Shown here: positions 55,618 to 64,000 of the stretch, piece by piece
Layout: every line of letters begins with the position of its first letter
How positions within the stretch are numbered: position 1 is the first letter of the stretch
Assembly: GCA_019828565.1 (NCBI GenBank)
Contig: JAHDYR010000013.1
Coordinates: forward strand, 186,001-250,000
Reading direction: 5' to 3'
Length of the DNA: 64,000 nucleotides
Source of the DNA: Carpediemonas membranifera BICM
Taxonomy: Eukaryota > Protista > Fornicata
Made by a program: the position numbers and the translations under genes
Notes under the pieces: generated by a model
Told to the model about the DNA's origin: nothing
The model's database searches: none
The model's input: only the letters and a program-made list of their open reading frames with translations

Positions 55618-56946
55618 TTATTCAATGGCACCAAGGCTGTCACCAAGCTCAAAGAAGATGCCGTCATGCTCCCAGCGCCGACGAACACGACGCCATAAGT
55701 TATGCTCGTTGAGATAACGAGTGACAGGCATGGTGCGGCAAAGATCCTGGGTCAGGAAGGTCAGTGACGGCAGCGGATAGCCCGAAAACTGGACGAGCAG
55801 GATGAACGACTCCTCCTGGCGGGCGTTCTCGTAGAGCTCGATGTGCTCTTTGACCTCCACCACACCGTACGCGGCGGACGTGTCCGTGAGCTGGAGCGTG
55901 AACAGCTCCTTGTTCATGGCAAGCTCCATAGCCGGGAGATGCTCAAGCCGGACACAGGTCCAATAGGCCCGAACGAAGTCGCGGGAGCGGGTGGCGGTCA
56001 GGCGCGAGGCACCGCGGTTCTCAGCCGCCATAAGCAGCGAGAACATGGCTGGGTGTCGGCCTGCCATCACCACGCGCTTGAGGAGGTCCACCACCACATC
56101 ACGAGAGACCGTGGCACCCGGCTCTCGAGTGCGCTTCAGCGCCAGGAGGGCTCCCTCAGCTGTGGCGACGTGGTTTGTGGCAAACCGGTCGCTCGTCCCG
56201 CCCTGGACCAGAGCCGCGGCTACGGAGCGAGTGTCTTGGACACCCTCCATGGAGCGCTGGAGAGCGCACCCGATGGCCGTCACCTCCGCGAACCGACGAA
56301 GGATGTCGGCAGAGACGTAAGCAGCCGTGACCTCGGTCATAGCGCTGCCGAAGAGCTTCCCGGTCTGAACTCGGTCGAGGAGGGCTGTGAAATTGACTTC
56401 GAAGCAGTTGGAGAAGCGAGCAGTGCTGATCTCCGCAAAGGTGGTGCGGAAGGTCTCGACCTGACGCTGCTCGCGTGCCGGAAGAGGTTCGGCGGGCTCG
56501 GTCGGCTCGGCGACGGTCACAATAGCCCTAGGGGTTTCGACATTGGCGCGGTAGCGGGTCTGTCGGTGGAATGGGCGGACAGGGACCTCTACGACACGCT
56601 GGTTGAACTCAGCGCCCAGCTCACTCGTGCGGGTGATTGTGGTCTGAGCAGATTCGGGATGGCAGTCGGTGATGTGCCGTCCGGAGCGTCGAGGTCGGAG
56701 AACGGTGCGATCGGGAGCTGAACCAGCTTCTTGGTGCGAAATGGCATCACCATCGGTGTTCTCAGCGGTGTTTTCAGTGGATGGAGGCGTGTGAGAACCT
56801 TCAGTAGCTTCCTGGGAGCCGTCACCATTCAGCAGCTCGACATGCTTTCGCTTCAAGGCCTGAAGATCGGAGATGAGCACACCAGTAGGATTGGCCGTCA
56901 TATACTGGTCGATTGCAGCAAAGAGTTCCTCCTCTACGTTTGTCAT
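55618..56946 (-). CDS. Antisense accessory ORF inside the retrotransposon (~442 aa) with C-terminal degenerate chromodomain-like region
   Basis: Uninterrupted ORF between pol and the 3' LTR, convergent with pol (29-bp gap); ends YGVVEVKEH...LLVQFSGYPLPS...RYLNEHNL; TATA-like element near 57001-57010. Confidence 0.75.
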   Translation of the reverse strand: MTNVEEELFAAIDQYMTANPTGVLISDLQALKRKHVELLNGDGSQEATEGSHTPPSTENTAENTDGDAISHQEAGSAPDRTVLRPRRSGRHITDCHPESAQTTITRTSELGAEFNQRVVEVPVRPFHRQTRYRANVETPRAIVTVAEPTEPAEPLPAREQRQVETFRTTFAEISTARFSNCFEVNFTALLDRVQTGKLFGSAMTEVTAAYVSADILRRFAEVTAIGCALQRSMEGVQDTRSVAAALVQGGTSDRFATNHVATAEGALLALKRTREPGATVSRDVVVDLLKRVVMAGRHPAMFSLLMAAENRGASRLTATRSRDFVRAYWTCVRLEHLPAMELAMNKELFTLQLTDTSAAYGVVEVKEHIELYENARQEESFILLVQFSGYPLPSLTFLTQDLCRTMPVTRYLNEHNLWRRVRRRWEHDGIFFELGDSLGAIE

Positions 56947-57813
56947 AGCGCCGTTTGAAATCTGGGAGGCGTCCCAGATTTGATTTACATGTATACATGA
57001 GTTATATAATCTCAGGAGGACACCCACCGCGCAAGTTACAGACGCTGAGCACGCCTGTATAGCCAATACTGGCCAAGGGACAGCCGTTCACGTATTCTCT
57101 CGCGCGTTTTATGCCGAGACGAGATCTCGAGGAAAAGGGGAAGAAAAACACCTCCAAGAAGTGATAATGGACAAAGTTTATACGAAGAACGTGGTTTTGA
57201 TGTTGGTTATTCATGATGGAGCTCGTATTCTGGGCACAAGAAGTCCGAGCGGAGACGAAGAGAAGAAAACTCCCGTATCTCGCCAAGGAAGCGGAATTGG
57301 AGCTAGTTAACTGCATTTTTGAAGCCTATGTAAGAAATAGCGGAAGAGGAGCACAAACCGCCAACTATTCCGAATCAAGCCGAATGCATGACATAACCTG
57401 CACGGTTTGATGCAATCAGACAGAACACTGGTATGTATCGACTACTAGGAGGGGCAGGATCCCCAGGTAAGATACCCATGACACAGCGCGCTTATTTAGT
57501 GGTACCACGAGTCTTTTCGAATCTGTAGAATCTTTGCGCAATCTAGAAAATCTTTAGAGAATTTCCGTGGGTGGACTCCACGCCGGGCGATGGCTTAGGA
57601 CGCTATGTCGTCAGCCTAGTCAACGGATACTATCCGGCGTACACGCAAGTCCCGTGTGCGCGACGGTCAGCCCTCTAAGTTGAACTTAGTTGGCATCCCC
57701 GGATCACTGGTCATTCCCCAGCGATCGACGGTTATAGGGTCAGCACTCTTGGGCTGTTCCCCCAAGACCTGATTAACAATGGTATCCTTTTCGTGATGCT
57801 CTTAACAGAGCAT

Positions 57814-57823
57814 GGGGGGGAAG
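57814..57823 (+). other. Polypurine tract
   Basis: gggggggaag immediately 5' of the 3' LTR. Confidence 0.88.
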
Positions 57824-57931
57824 TGTCAGCCATTTATATATGAGATACGTATTTGATACGGTCTTGATCCGTCCAGCTCGACACCCTTGTGTCGAGCTCT
57901 CTTTGTAAAGTCTTTTTCCTTAGTGATCACA
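57824..57931 (+). repeat. 3' LTR (108 bp, identical to 5' LTR)
   Basis: Base-by-base comparison with 51495-51602 shows no difference. Confidence 0.97.
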
Positions 57932-58004
57932 AGACCCACCCAACCAGCGGCCTGGCACGGCCTGGTTTCACACATTATGCGGCTTATGCGGCGGTCCCGA
58001 CTCC

Positions 58005-58333
58005 TCATTCGGCGGAGGAGCCCACAGTCATGGCGTACATGCCTGGGATGACGTCCGAGAGCCCGAGGACGTTCCCAACGTAGCTCTCTTTCGGGTTGAT
58101 CAAAGTGACGATGCCTTCGTAGATACTGGTCGTGTTCTCCTCGAAAAAAAACTGTCGAAATCAGGGCAATTCTCGCATTGGTTCTTGTCGAACTGCTCTT
58201 TCGTCTTCAAAAGGTGGCAACGGACGCAGGCAAAGAGCCTTGTCCGCGATCCTCCGCCGCCCATTCGAGATATCTTCGGAATAGCGGACTGGAAGTCCAC
58301 CAGCTGGTCCAGAGCTTGAGATTGGGACGTCAT
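58005..58333 (-). CDS. SPT4: Transcription elongation factor Spt4 (apparent 1-nt deletion in T-run at 58144-58151)
   Basis: ACVRCHLLKT..QF....CENC then, one frame over, EENTTSIYEGIV.LINPKESYV...L......PGMYAMTV. Confidence 0.85.
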
Positions 58334-58651
58334 TGCTATGCTGTGAGCCAATACGTGCGAGTAGATGTATCTCATGTATATCTCTCATGGTCCAGGCCTG
58401 AGAATCCGTCAGGTGCGTTATCACCCGCTGCTCAGTCTGGCAGTTCTAGCCCCACCCCGACCCGCTGATGGGCCAATGGTCTGCGGGCACGGATACCGGC
58501 CAGGTGCTGGGAGTCGACTGGCACTAACCACGGCATTCTTAGTCCATTCTTGAAATTCGATTCCCCCTCCGCTCATGAACAATGATCATTTACCGCGCGC
58601 CAATGGCACATTAGACATGACTCCGATTAAACATGTAACAGCCGTAACCAC

Positions 58652-59389
58652 TCAGAGCAAGGCAAGGAGACCCGCCCCGCGACCACTGTGGCGCCCTCTG
58701 CGGCGGCGCTCCATGATCGCCTCGGCCTGGTCGACGGCGTCTATAAAGAACACCTGGTCGTCGAGGGCTAGGGTCCCGCCGATGACAATGTCCGCAAGGT
58801 CAACGGGGCTGCCCCTGCGCATGGCGCGGGTCCGCTTGGTGGGAGTGGAGGTCTGGGCGTGCTGGACCTCGACCTCGGTGACGTCGTCGACGAGGAAGAA
58901 GTTGAGAGTGACCTTGTCGACAACACCTGAGGACAGAGCGAAGCCGTGAGCAACGCAAGTAGCGTCAACAGCTTGCTTCTTCGGAACAGGCTTTGGCTTG
59001 GCGGCAAACATCGGGATGGGGTCCTCGAAACCGGGTCCGCCGAGGTCAACGAGAGAATCCATGTCCAGGTGGACCATGCCGTTGTCTGAGCGGATCCCAG
59101 AGAAGCCGGAGGCGGCGGGGGCATCGAACGTGTTCAGTTTGACGACGCCGGCCGCCATGCTCGAGGATGAAAAGCCACCCGAGGTCGCGTTGTCGTATGA
59201 GAAGTCTTGTGTGAAGAAATCGTTCCCCCCTGTGCTAGTGGTGTTGCTCTGGCACGAGCCGAAGTTGGGGCATTGGTTGCATGAGCTTGCCGCGCAGCCA
59301 GCAATGGTGGAAGCGCCGGAAGAAAGGAAGGATGAGGTCATGTTAACGATGACGCCTTTGCCGATTGAAGTTACAAGCTCGCCGCTCAT
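58652..59389 (-). CDS. Hypothetical protein with C-terminal DM10-like domain
   Basis: VTLNFFLVDD..EV...R...RR....LADIVIGGTL..DDQVFFI.AVD loosely matches DM10. Confidence 0.5.
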   Translation of the reverse strand: MSGELVTSIGKGVIVNMTSSFLSSGASTIAGCAASSCNQCPNFGSCQSNTTSTGGNDFFTQDFSYDNATSGGFSSSSMAAGVVKLNTFDAPAASGFSGIRSDNGMVHLDMDSLVDLGGPGFEDPIPMFAAKPKPVPKKQAVDATCVAHGFALSSGVVDKVTLNFFLVDDVTEVEVQHAQTSTPTKRTRAMRRGSPVDLADIVIGGTLALDDQVFFIDAVDQAEAIMERRRRGRHSGRGAGLLALL

Positions 59390-59563
59390 TTGCTATTCGT
59401 TTCGGTGCTTTTGTCGAACCTGCTCATGGGCCCAAAGGCGGATCGTCAAAATCACTACACAAAGACCGCAACAGGGCTCTTATGCTGTGGGCTGACTGTA
59501 CACCGTGGTCACAAACCCTGGTTTAGGCGTTAAACCCCAAACCAATCCGTGTATTTAAGCAAT

Positions 59564-60883
59564 TTAAGCTAGCTTGTGGACAACACCGACACCGAGCGTG
59601 GTGTCGCCCTCGCGGATACAGAACCTGCCAAGGGGCTGGAAAGTCTCGAAGGGCGCCATGGCGAGGGGCATATCAGTCTCGAATCTGATCACGTAAACAC
59701 CTGGCTTAGTGATAAAGCTAATGCGCTCGGGACGCCTGTTCCCGTTCATATCAGTGACGGTAACCGCCTTGCCGTCAGGTCCGAGCCTGGCCATGAGAAC
59801 CTTCACGGTGGCGCGGACCTCGGCCGCGCCAAGGTGAATCATGAACTCTGAACCGACGCTGATGAGCTTCTTGGGATCGGGCGCCTCCATGATCGAGACC
59901 TTGGCGATGAACTCCCTGGTAACACCGATAGTAAGAGAGGAATCGTGGATGACAGAGCCGGGGTGGACGTCAAAGTGATCGTCAGTGGTCCTGATCTTGA
60001 TATGGACGTTGTCTCCGGCCGTCGCGAAGTCGCGATCGTACTTCTCAACACCGACTTCAGTGACAGCAACGCTGAATCCGCCGGGCGTGACGGTGTAGGT
60101 GGCGTCCTTCTCGAGACGGCCCTGCTGGAGCTTGCCGAGGAGGACAAGGCCGGTCTCCTTGTACTTGTCGAGGATGGGCATGTACATTGGGCCGGTGCTC
60201 TCGCGCTTGGGGATCTCGACGGCATCAAGGGCCTCGAAGAGAGAGGGGCCCTTGTACCACGCGCACGAGTCGTCTCTGTCGCGGACATTGCTGCCTGTGA
60301 CGCCAGAGAGGGGCAGGCTGCTGATGGCGTTCTTGGGAAACCCGAGTTGGCGCAAGAACTTGGTAATCTGCGTGACGATTTTCGTGTAGCGTCCCTCGTC
60401 CCACTGGACGGTGGGGTCGTCCATCTTGTTCACAGCTATGACAATACGGGAGACACCGGTCGTGCGGACGAGGATGGCGTGCTCGCGGGTCTGGCCGCCC
60501 TTCTCAAAACCGGTCTCGTACTCGCCCTTGCGAGCAGAGACGATCAGGATGGCTACATCGGCCTGGGAGGCGCCGGCGATCATGCGGGGGACGAAGTTCT
60601 TGTGGCCGGGAGCATCGATGATGGAAATGGTGCGGTTGGCGGTCTCGAAGGAGGCACGGCCACATTCAGCCGTTTTGCCCTTCTCACGCTCACCCTCATC
60701 AATATCCATGGCCCAGGAAAGAGCCCATGACTCTCTGTTCTGTGCAGCGGCCTCGATCTTGTACTTCTCGAGCGTGCGCTCATCAACCTCACCGCCGAGG
60801 TAAAGAATTTGCCCAGAGAGTGTGGACTTGCCAGCATCAACGTGACCGATGAAAACAATGTTCAAATGAGCCTTATCCGCCAT
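59564..60883 (-). CDS. GSPT1: Eukaryotic release factor 3 GTPase
   Basis: NIVFIGHVDAGKST, RESW.LSWAMD, DAPGHK, SARKGEYETGFEKGGQTREH, NKMDDPTV.W, LGRF. Confidence 0.95.
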   Translation of the reverse strand: MADKAHLNIVFIGHVDAGKSTLSGQILYLGGEVDERTLEKYKIEAAAQNRESWALSWAMDIDEGEREKGKTAECGRASFETANRTISIIDAPGHKNFVPRMIAGASQADVAILIVSARKGEYETGFEKGGQTREHAILVRTTGVSRIVIAVNKMDDPTVQWDEGRYTKIVTQITKFLRQLGFPKNAISSLPLSGVTGSNVRDRDDSCAWYKGPSLFEALDAVEIPKRESTGPMYMPILDKYKETGLVLLGKLQQGRLEKDATYTVTPGGFSVAVTEVGVEKYDRDFATAGDNVHIKIRTTDDHFDVHPGSVIHDSSLTIGVTREFIAKVSIMEAPDPKKLISVGSEFMIHLGAAEVRATVKVLMARLGPDGKAVTVTDMNGNRRPERISFITKPGVYVIRFETDMPLAMAPFETFQPLGRFCIREGDTTLGVGVVHKLA

Positions 60884-61030
60884 AATCGCTCGTTCGTTCT
60901 CAAACGCAGAAAAAAAAGAAGACGCATGTATACACGTAAATCCTGGAGCTAAGTCACCAGCACATCAGCACACTCTACTTCTCGCTCTATCTCTCTATTC
61001 GTCATCAACTCATTTAAACCAAGATCCGTC

Positions 61031-61816
61031 TCATCCACTAGGCATCGCGAACTCCCGCGTCATCTCCCGCCTCAGCTGAATGGTGATCGCCTTGAACAGC
61101 TGCTTAGCCTGCCACCTTAGTAACTTCTCGACCTCGCCCTTGCTGACAGGGGAGAGTGCACCCTGCTCGCCCAGGGTCCCCATGATATCCCTCACAGCCC
61201 TGTCGTATCCTATCTCCAGAGACTCTACAGCGCCTCTGAGGTCTTGTTGCATGGAGGATACGTCTCTGACATACCTCTGGATGTCTGGCATGGCTGACTG
61301 GTATACGTAGAGACGCTGCACGGCGTCGTAGTACAGGTCCCGGAACTGGTCCCGTTGCTGAGTAATGTCTGCTAAGTCCCGCTGAAGTTCTCGTACTGAT
61401 CTTGCGTCGGTTGAGTCAGTCGGGTCAGGTCGGGGTTCATCTCGGGCCCTGTGTGGTTGCGAGGCCCGCTGGTCTGGCGCGGGATTGCTACTCTCACTAC
61501 TCTTCTTCGGGTGTCCGCGTTGAGCTCTGTGTGGCATGGGTGTGCCCTTTGGGGCTGGTTGTCGACGGCCCAACGCGCCCGACCATTTGGGAGTTGGAAG
61601 TCCCTTGGCGACAGTAGCGTTCTCAATGTCTTCGAACTGCGGTAATAATGATCGTGCAACGACAGAAGTCTTTGGAGAAGGCGCTTGTTTCCTTCGTGCA
61701 GATAGAAATGTCGGTGTAGCCGGTGAAGAGGGTTCATAAGATAGTATTGCACCGGAATGTGGTGGTATGAGACCTTCTTCGCTCAACAGTCGCTTCATTT
61801 GCTCCGTGAGGCTCAT
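61031..61816 (-). CDS. Hypothetical protein with C-terminal coiled coil
   Basis: 261-aa ATG ORF, co-oriented with neighbours. Confidence 0.6.
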   Translation of the reverse strand: MSLTEQMKRLLSEEGLIPPHSGAILSYEPSSPATPTFLSARRKQAPSPKTSVVARSLLPQFEDIENATVAKGLPTPKWSGALGRRQPAPKGTPMPHRAQRGHPKKSSESSNPAPDQRASQPHRARDEPRPDPTDSTDARSVRELQRDLADITQQRDQFRDLYYDAVQRLYVYQSAMPDIQRYVRDVSSMQQDLRGAVESLEIGYDRAVRDIMGTLGEQGALSPVSKGEVEKLLRWQAKQLFKAITIQLRREMTREFAMPSG

Positions 61817-61991
61817 TTATCTGAAGCCGGTATGACATGACAACGACGAAAGTGATAAACTGCACTGCTTCAAGTCGTGTGGCCGACTGGAATGAAGCTG
61901 GAAAGAAGCTGGGGTGATTGAATGCTTGATTGTGAGCAGCTGGTAGGCAAGTCAGATGGGACCAAACCCACTTCTTCCTGATGCCGGCAAA

Positions 61992-62375
61992 CTAGTCTAC
62001 CACGGTCTTCGCCCGCTTAACAGAGTCCGCGGCTGGGACCTGGGGCTCTGCGTTCACGGCCTTGCGTGTAAGGTTCGGCTTGGCCTGGCCGGCGGAGCGA
62101 GGAACCTCCTTGCTTTCCTCCTCGAATCCCACGTCAGCGTCATCCATCTCCGCATCAGGGATCTCATCCATCGGGTCGTATTGCATGTCTTCGAACCAGC
62201 GGACGAGACGGCTGCGGAATTTCCTTATCACAAGATCTTGTTTCCTTATCTTCTGTTCCTTTTCCTTCAGAAGAAGCAGGAGCCGCATGTTGTGTTCTAG
62301 CAGGTTATCCTGCTTGGCTCGCATCTCAAGGTTGTTCTGAACCAATGCTTCCATCAAGATCTCCCTCTTGGCCAA
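61992..62375 (-). CDS. Small hypothetical coiled-coil protein (start uncertain)
   Basis: 127-aa ORF, heptad-rich; the start listed is not an ATG. Confidence 0.5.
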   Translation of the reverse strand: MAKREILMEALVQNNLEMRAKQDNLLEHNMRLLLLLKEKEQKIRKQDLVIRKFRSRLVRWFEDMQYDPMDEIPDAEMDDADVGFEEESKEVPRSAGQAKPNLTRKAVNAEPQVPAADSVKRAKTVVD

Positions 62376-62532
62376 GTTCTCATCGCAGCAGATTTAGTGG
62401 GAATTTAGTGTACAGCTTTCAACCCTCGAACTCACGCTCTAACCTCTCGTCATTCATTGAGCGACACATGATCTTGCTCCTTATTGTGACTTGCTAATTC
62501 TGGGATGTGCCCAAGTTGGTCGCGCAATCCCA

Positions 62533-63307
62533 GCGACAGCTCTCACAGCACGGCCGATGGCGTCTGCTTCTGTGATGACGCCGGCCAGTGGTTCAGGGTG
62601 AAGCGACAGTCTGGTGGCGTGGCGAAGATGGCGAGGGCCGGGGCGAGGGAGGAGTGCGAGTGTGTCGTGCCAGTTGACATCGAGCCGGGCGACGACGTGC
62701 GGTAAATGTCGGATGAAGAATCAACGTTAGCCGATTTACGACGGGCGGGGTCGACTCCGCTCTGTCTCTGCTGCAGCATGGTAGACCCAGTCGAGTCAAG
62801 GGCCTCACTTCCCATGCTGTTTGCCGGCGTGCCAGCAGGCAGAGTCATGGCATGTCTGACGGGTTGTCAGGCCATGGTCAGACGGCCAGTGGTCCTCTGT
62901 GTTGCACAAGTGAGTGGGATCTGCCGTGGTGCTGGATGAATCGAAATGGGCCACGAATGGAATGAACAGCAGTCAACAACGGTCTCATTCAAGAATCCGA
63001 GCAACGCTGACATGTACTACTGATTTACACGACCATCGTGCCACTGTTCCCTTTTGCAGGTCGGCTATCAAAGGCCCTCGGGGAAGCCGACTTCATTCTC
63101 ATCTCTTTCTGAAACGAGGCCGCAATGAGGGGCCCCACATGCGCTCTTATACATATTTTTCTGTGTTTCCCATGAGCTATTGGATGATTGAGAAGTCGCG
63201 AGTCATATCGAGTCAGATCTCAAATCAATCACAAGGAAAAACCCCCAGAGGAGGCAGTCAAATCTCACGCCTGGCGTTCAGCGGTCAATAGCTGTCTGGT
63301 TGTGGAC
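62533..63307 (+). repeat. Dispersed repeat copy 2 (5'-truncated copy of the RCC1-like locus end)
   Basis: Near-identical to 25563-26338; ORF-track peptides are duplicated. Confidence 0.95.
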
Positions 63308-63454
63308 AAGGCAGGGTGTTTGATGAATGGACTCAATGGCGACTGACAAATCCAACCCCAGTCAAGCAGGACATGTGACATCAAGTTGCATGATCGTGTG
63401 GCACATGACAATTCCACGTCACTTCATAGAAGCACTCCCCGTCCCACACCGTAC

Positions 63455-63904
63455 TCACGCCCTGACGTTCATCATGAACTCGGCCATGTTGGCTATCCCC
63501 CTGCCCCTGCTGCTCTCCGTGGCAACCCGCTCGATGATGTTGATCCACTCCTGCTTGCTGCGGGCGTCTGAGAGATAGACCCTGGTGTTGTCCCCAGAGC
63601 CAATGTCCACCTGAATGTGGTTCTCCCGGTAGAAGAAGATGACGCAGGGGCCAAGGAACTCGTCGATCTCGAAGCTGTCGTTGAAGTCCTTGACCTTGTC
63701 CGTGTCGACGGCGAAGATGGAGGCATGGTTGGCGAGCATCGGCTGGATAGAACCAAGAATGTGGTCAAGCATACTAGTCGTTTCATCAGCCATGTTTCCA
63801 AAACGCAGGCACACAACTGTGGATTTGTGGTACAAAACGTCCTGCTTAACTTGGTATGCGCTCTTCAAGTGGCGGAGACCATGCTCGTCGCGTGTTTCGG
63901 CCAT
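63455..63904 (-). CDS. Dim1/TXNL4 U5 snRNP thioredoxin-like protein
   Basis: L.HL.S...V...V......VVCLRFG, IFAVD..KV.DFN, IFFYRENHIQVDIGSGDN, SKQE.I.IIE......RGRG. Confidence 0.85.
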   Translation of the reverse strand: MAETRDEHGLRHLKSAYQVKQDVLYHKSTVVCLRFGNMADETTSMLDHILGSIQPMLANHASIFAVDTDKVKDFNDSFEIDEFLGPCVIFFYRENHIQVDIGSGDNTRVYLSDARSKQEWINIIERVATESSRGRGIANMAEFMMNVRA

Positions 63905-64000
63905 CGTAGTCTTTCCTAGCTGTGAGGACAGTTTTGTTTGCATCACTAGTCCCAAAGAGGAAAATTTGGCTTCGATCGTTCGATCAATAAACATAAACTG

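Larger units (their letters stand above)
51495..57931 (+). mobile_element. Ty3/Gypsy LTR retrotransposon (chromovirus), full length, recent insertion
   Basis: Identical 108-bp TG...CA LTRs, 4-bp TSD AGAC (51491-51494, 57932-57935), gag-PR-RT-RH-IN-chromo order, purine tract before the 3' LTR. Confidence 0.97.

Noticed and set aside
55618-57066. Env gene interpretation of the extra retrotransposon ORF
   Set aside because: Antisense orientation, no signal peptide and no TM anchor visible.
1-64000. CRISPR arrays, rRNA or tRNA genes
   Set aside because: No repeat-spacer arrays or recognisable rRNA/tRNA sequence seen by eye; small ncRNAs cannot be excluded without tRNAscan/Infernal.

Overview
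Gene-dense, GC-rich eukaryotic (protist) DNA with tiny (28-31 nt) spliceosomal introns and a few longer hairpin-containing ones. A Trichomonas-like presequence on succinyl-CoA synthetase beta, an eRF3 with no N-terminal extension and the intron style suggest an anaerobic metamonad such as a Carpediemonas-like fornicate (inference only). About 30 host genes lie almost all on the minus strand: MYCBP, eRF1, TBCA, SCS-beta, DYRK, AlaAT, MetRS, YIF1, PDI, PIP5K, S28 peptidase, Cache/VWA protein, TTLL, AP-sigma, WD40, SPT4, eRF3, DIM1 and others. The most unusual part is 50.8-58 kb. It holds a very young Ty3/Gypsy chromovirus (51495-57931; identical 108-bp LTRs, AGAC target-site duplication). The element has no tRNA primer-binding site but a perfect palindrome, also resembling an intron start, flush with the LTR. 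It also has a large antisense accessory ORF ending in a second, degenerate chromodomain, and a hairpin-rich 3' non-coding region. It is inserted beside a 5'-truncated TnpB/Fanzor-like remnant followed by a candidate omega-RNA scaffold. Other oddities are a frameshifted WD40-kinase-HECT-RBR-like fusion locus, a PocR-like (prokaryote-type) sensor domain fused to a TmcB-like membrane protein, two very divergent mitochondrial-carrier-like paralogues, and a ~770-bp near-identical duplication of the 3' end of an RCC1-like gene. Several single-base frameshifts fall in homopolymers and are probably assembly errors. All domain calls are by eye from motifs; no database search was run.
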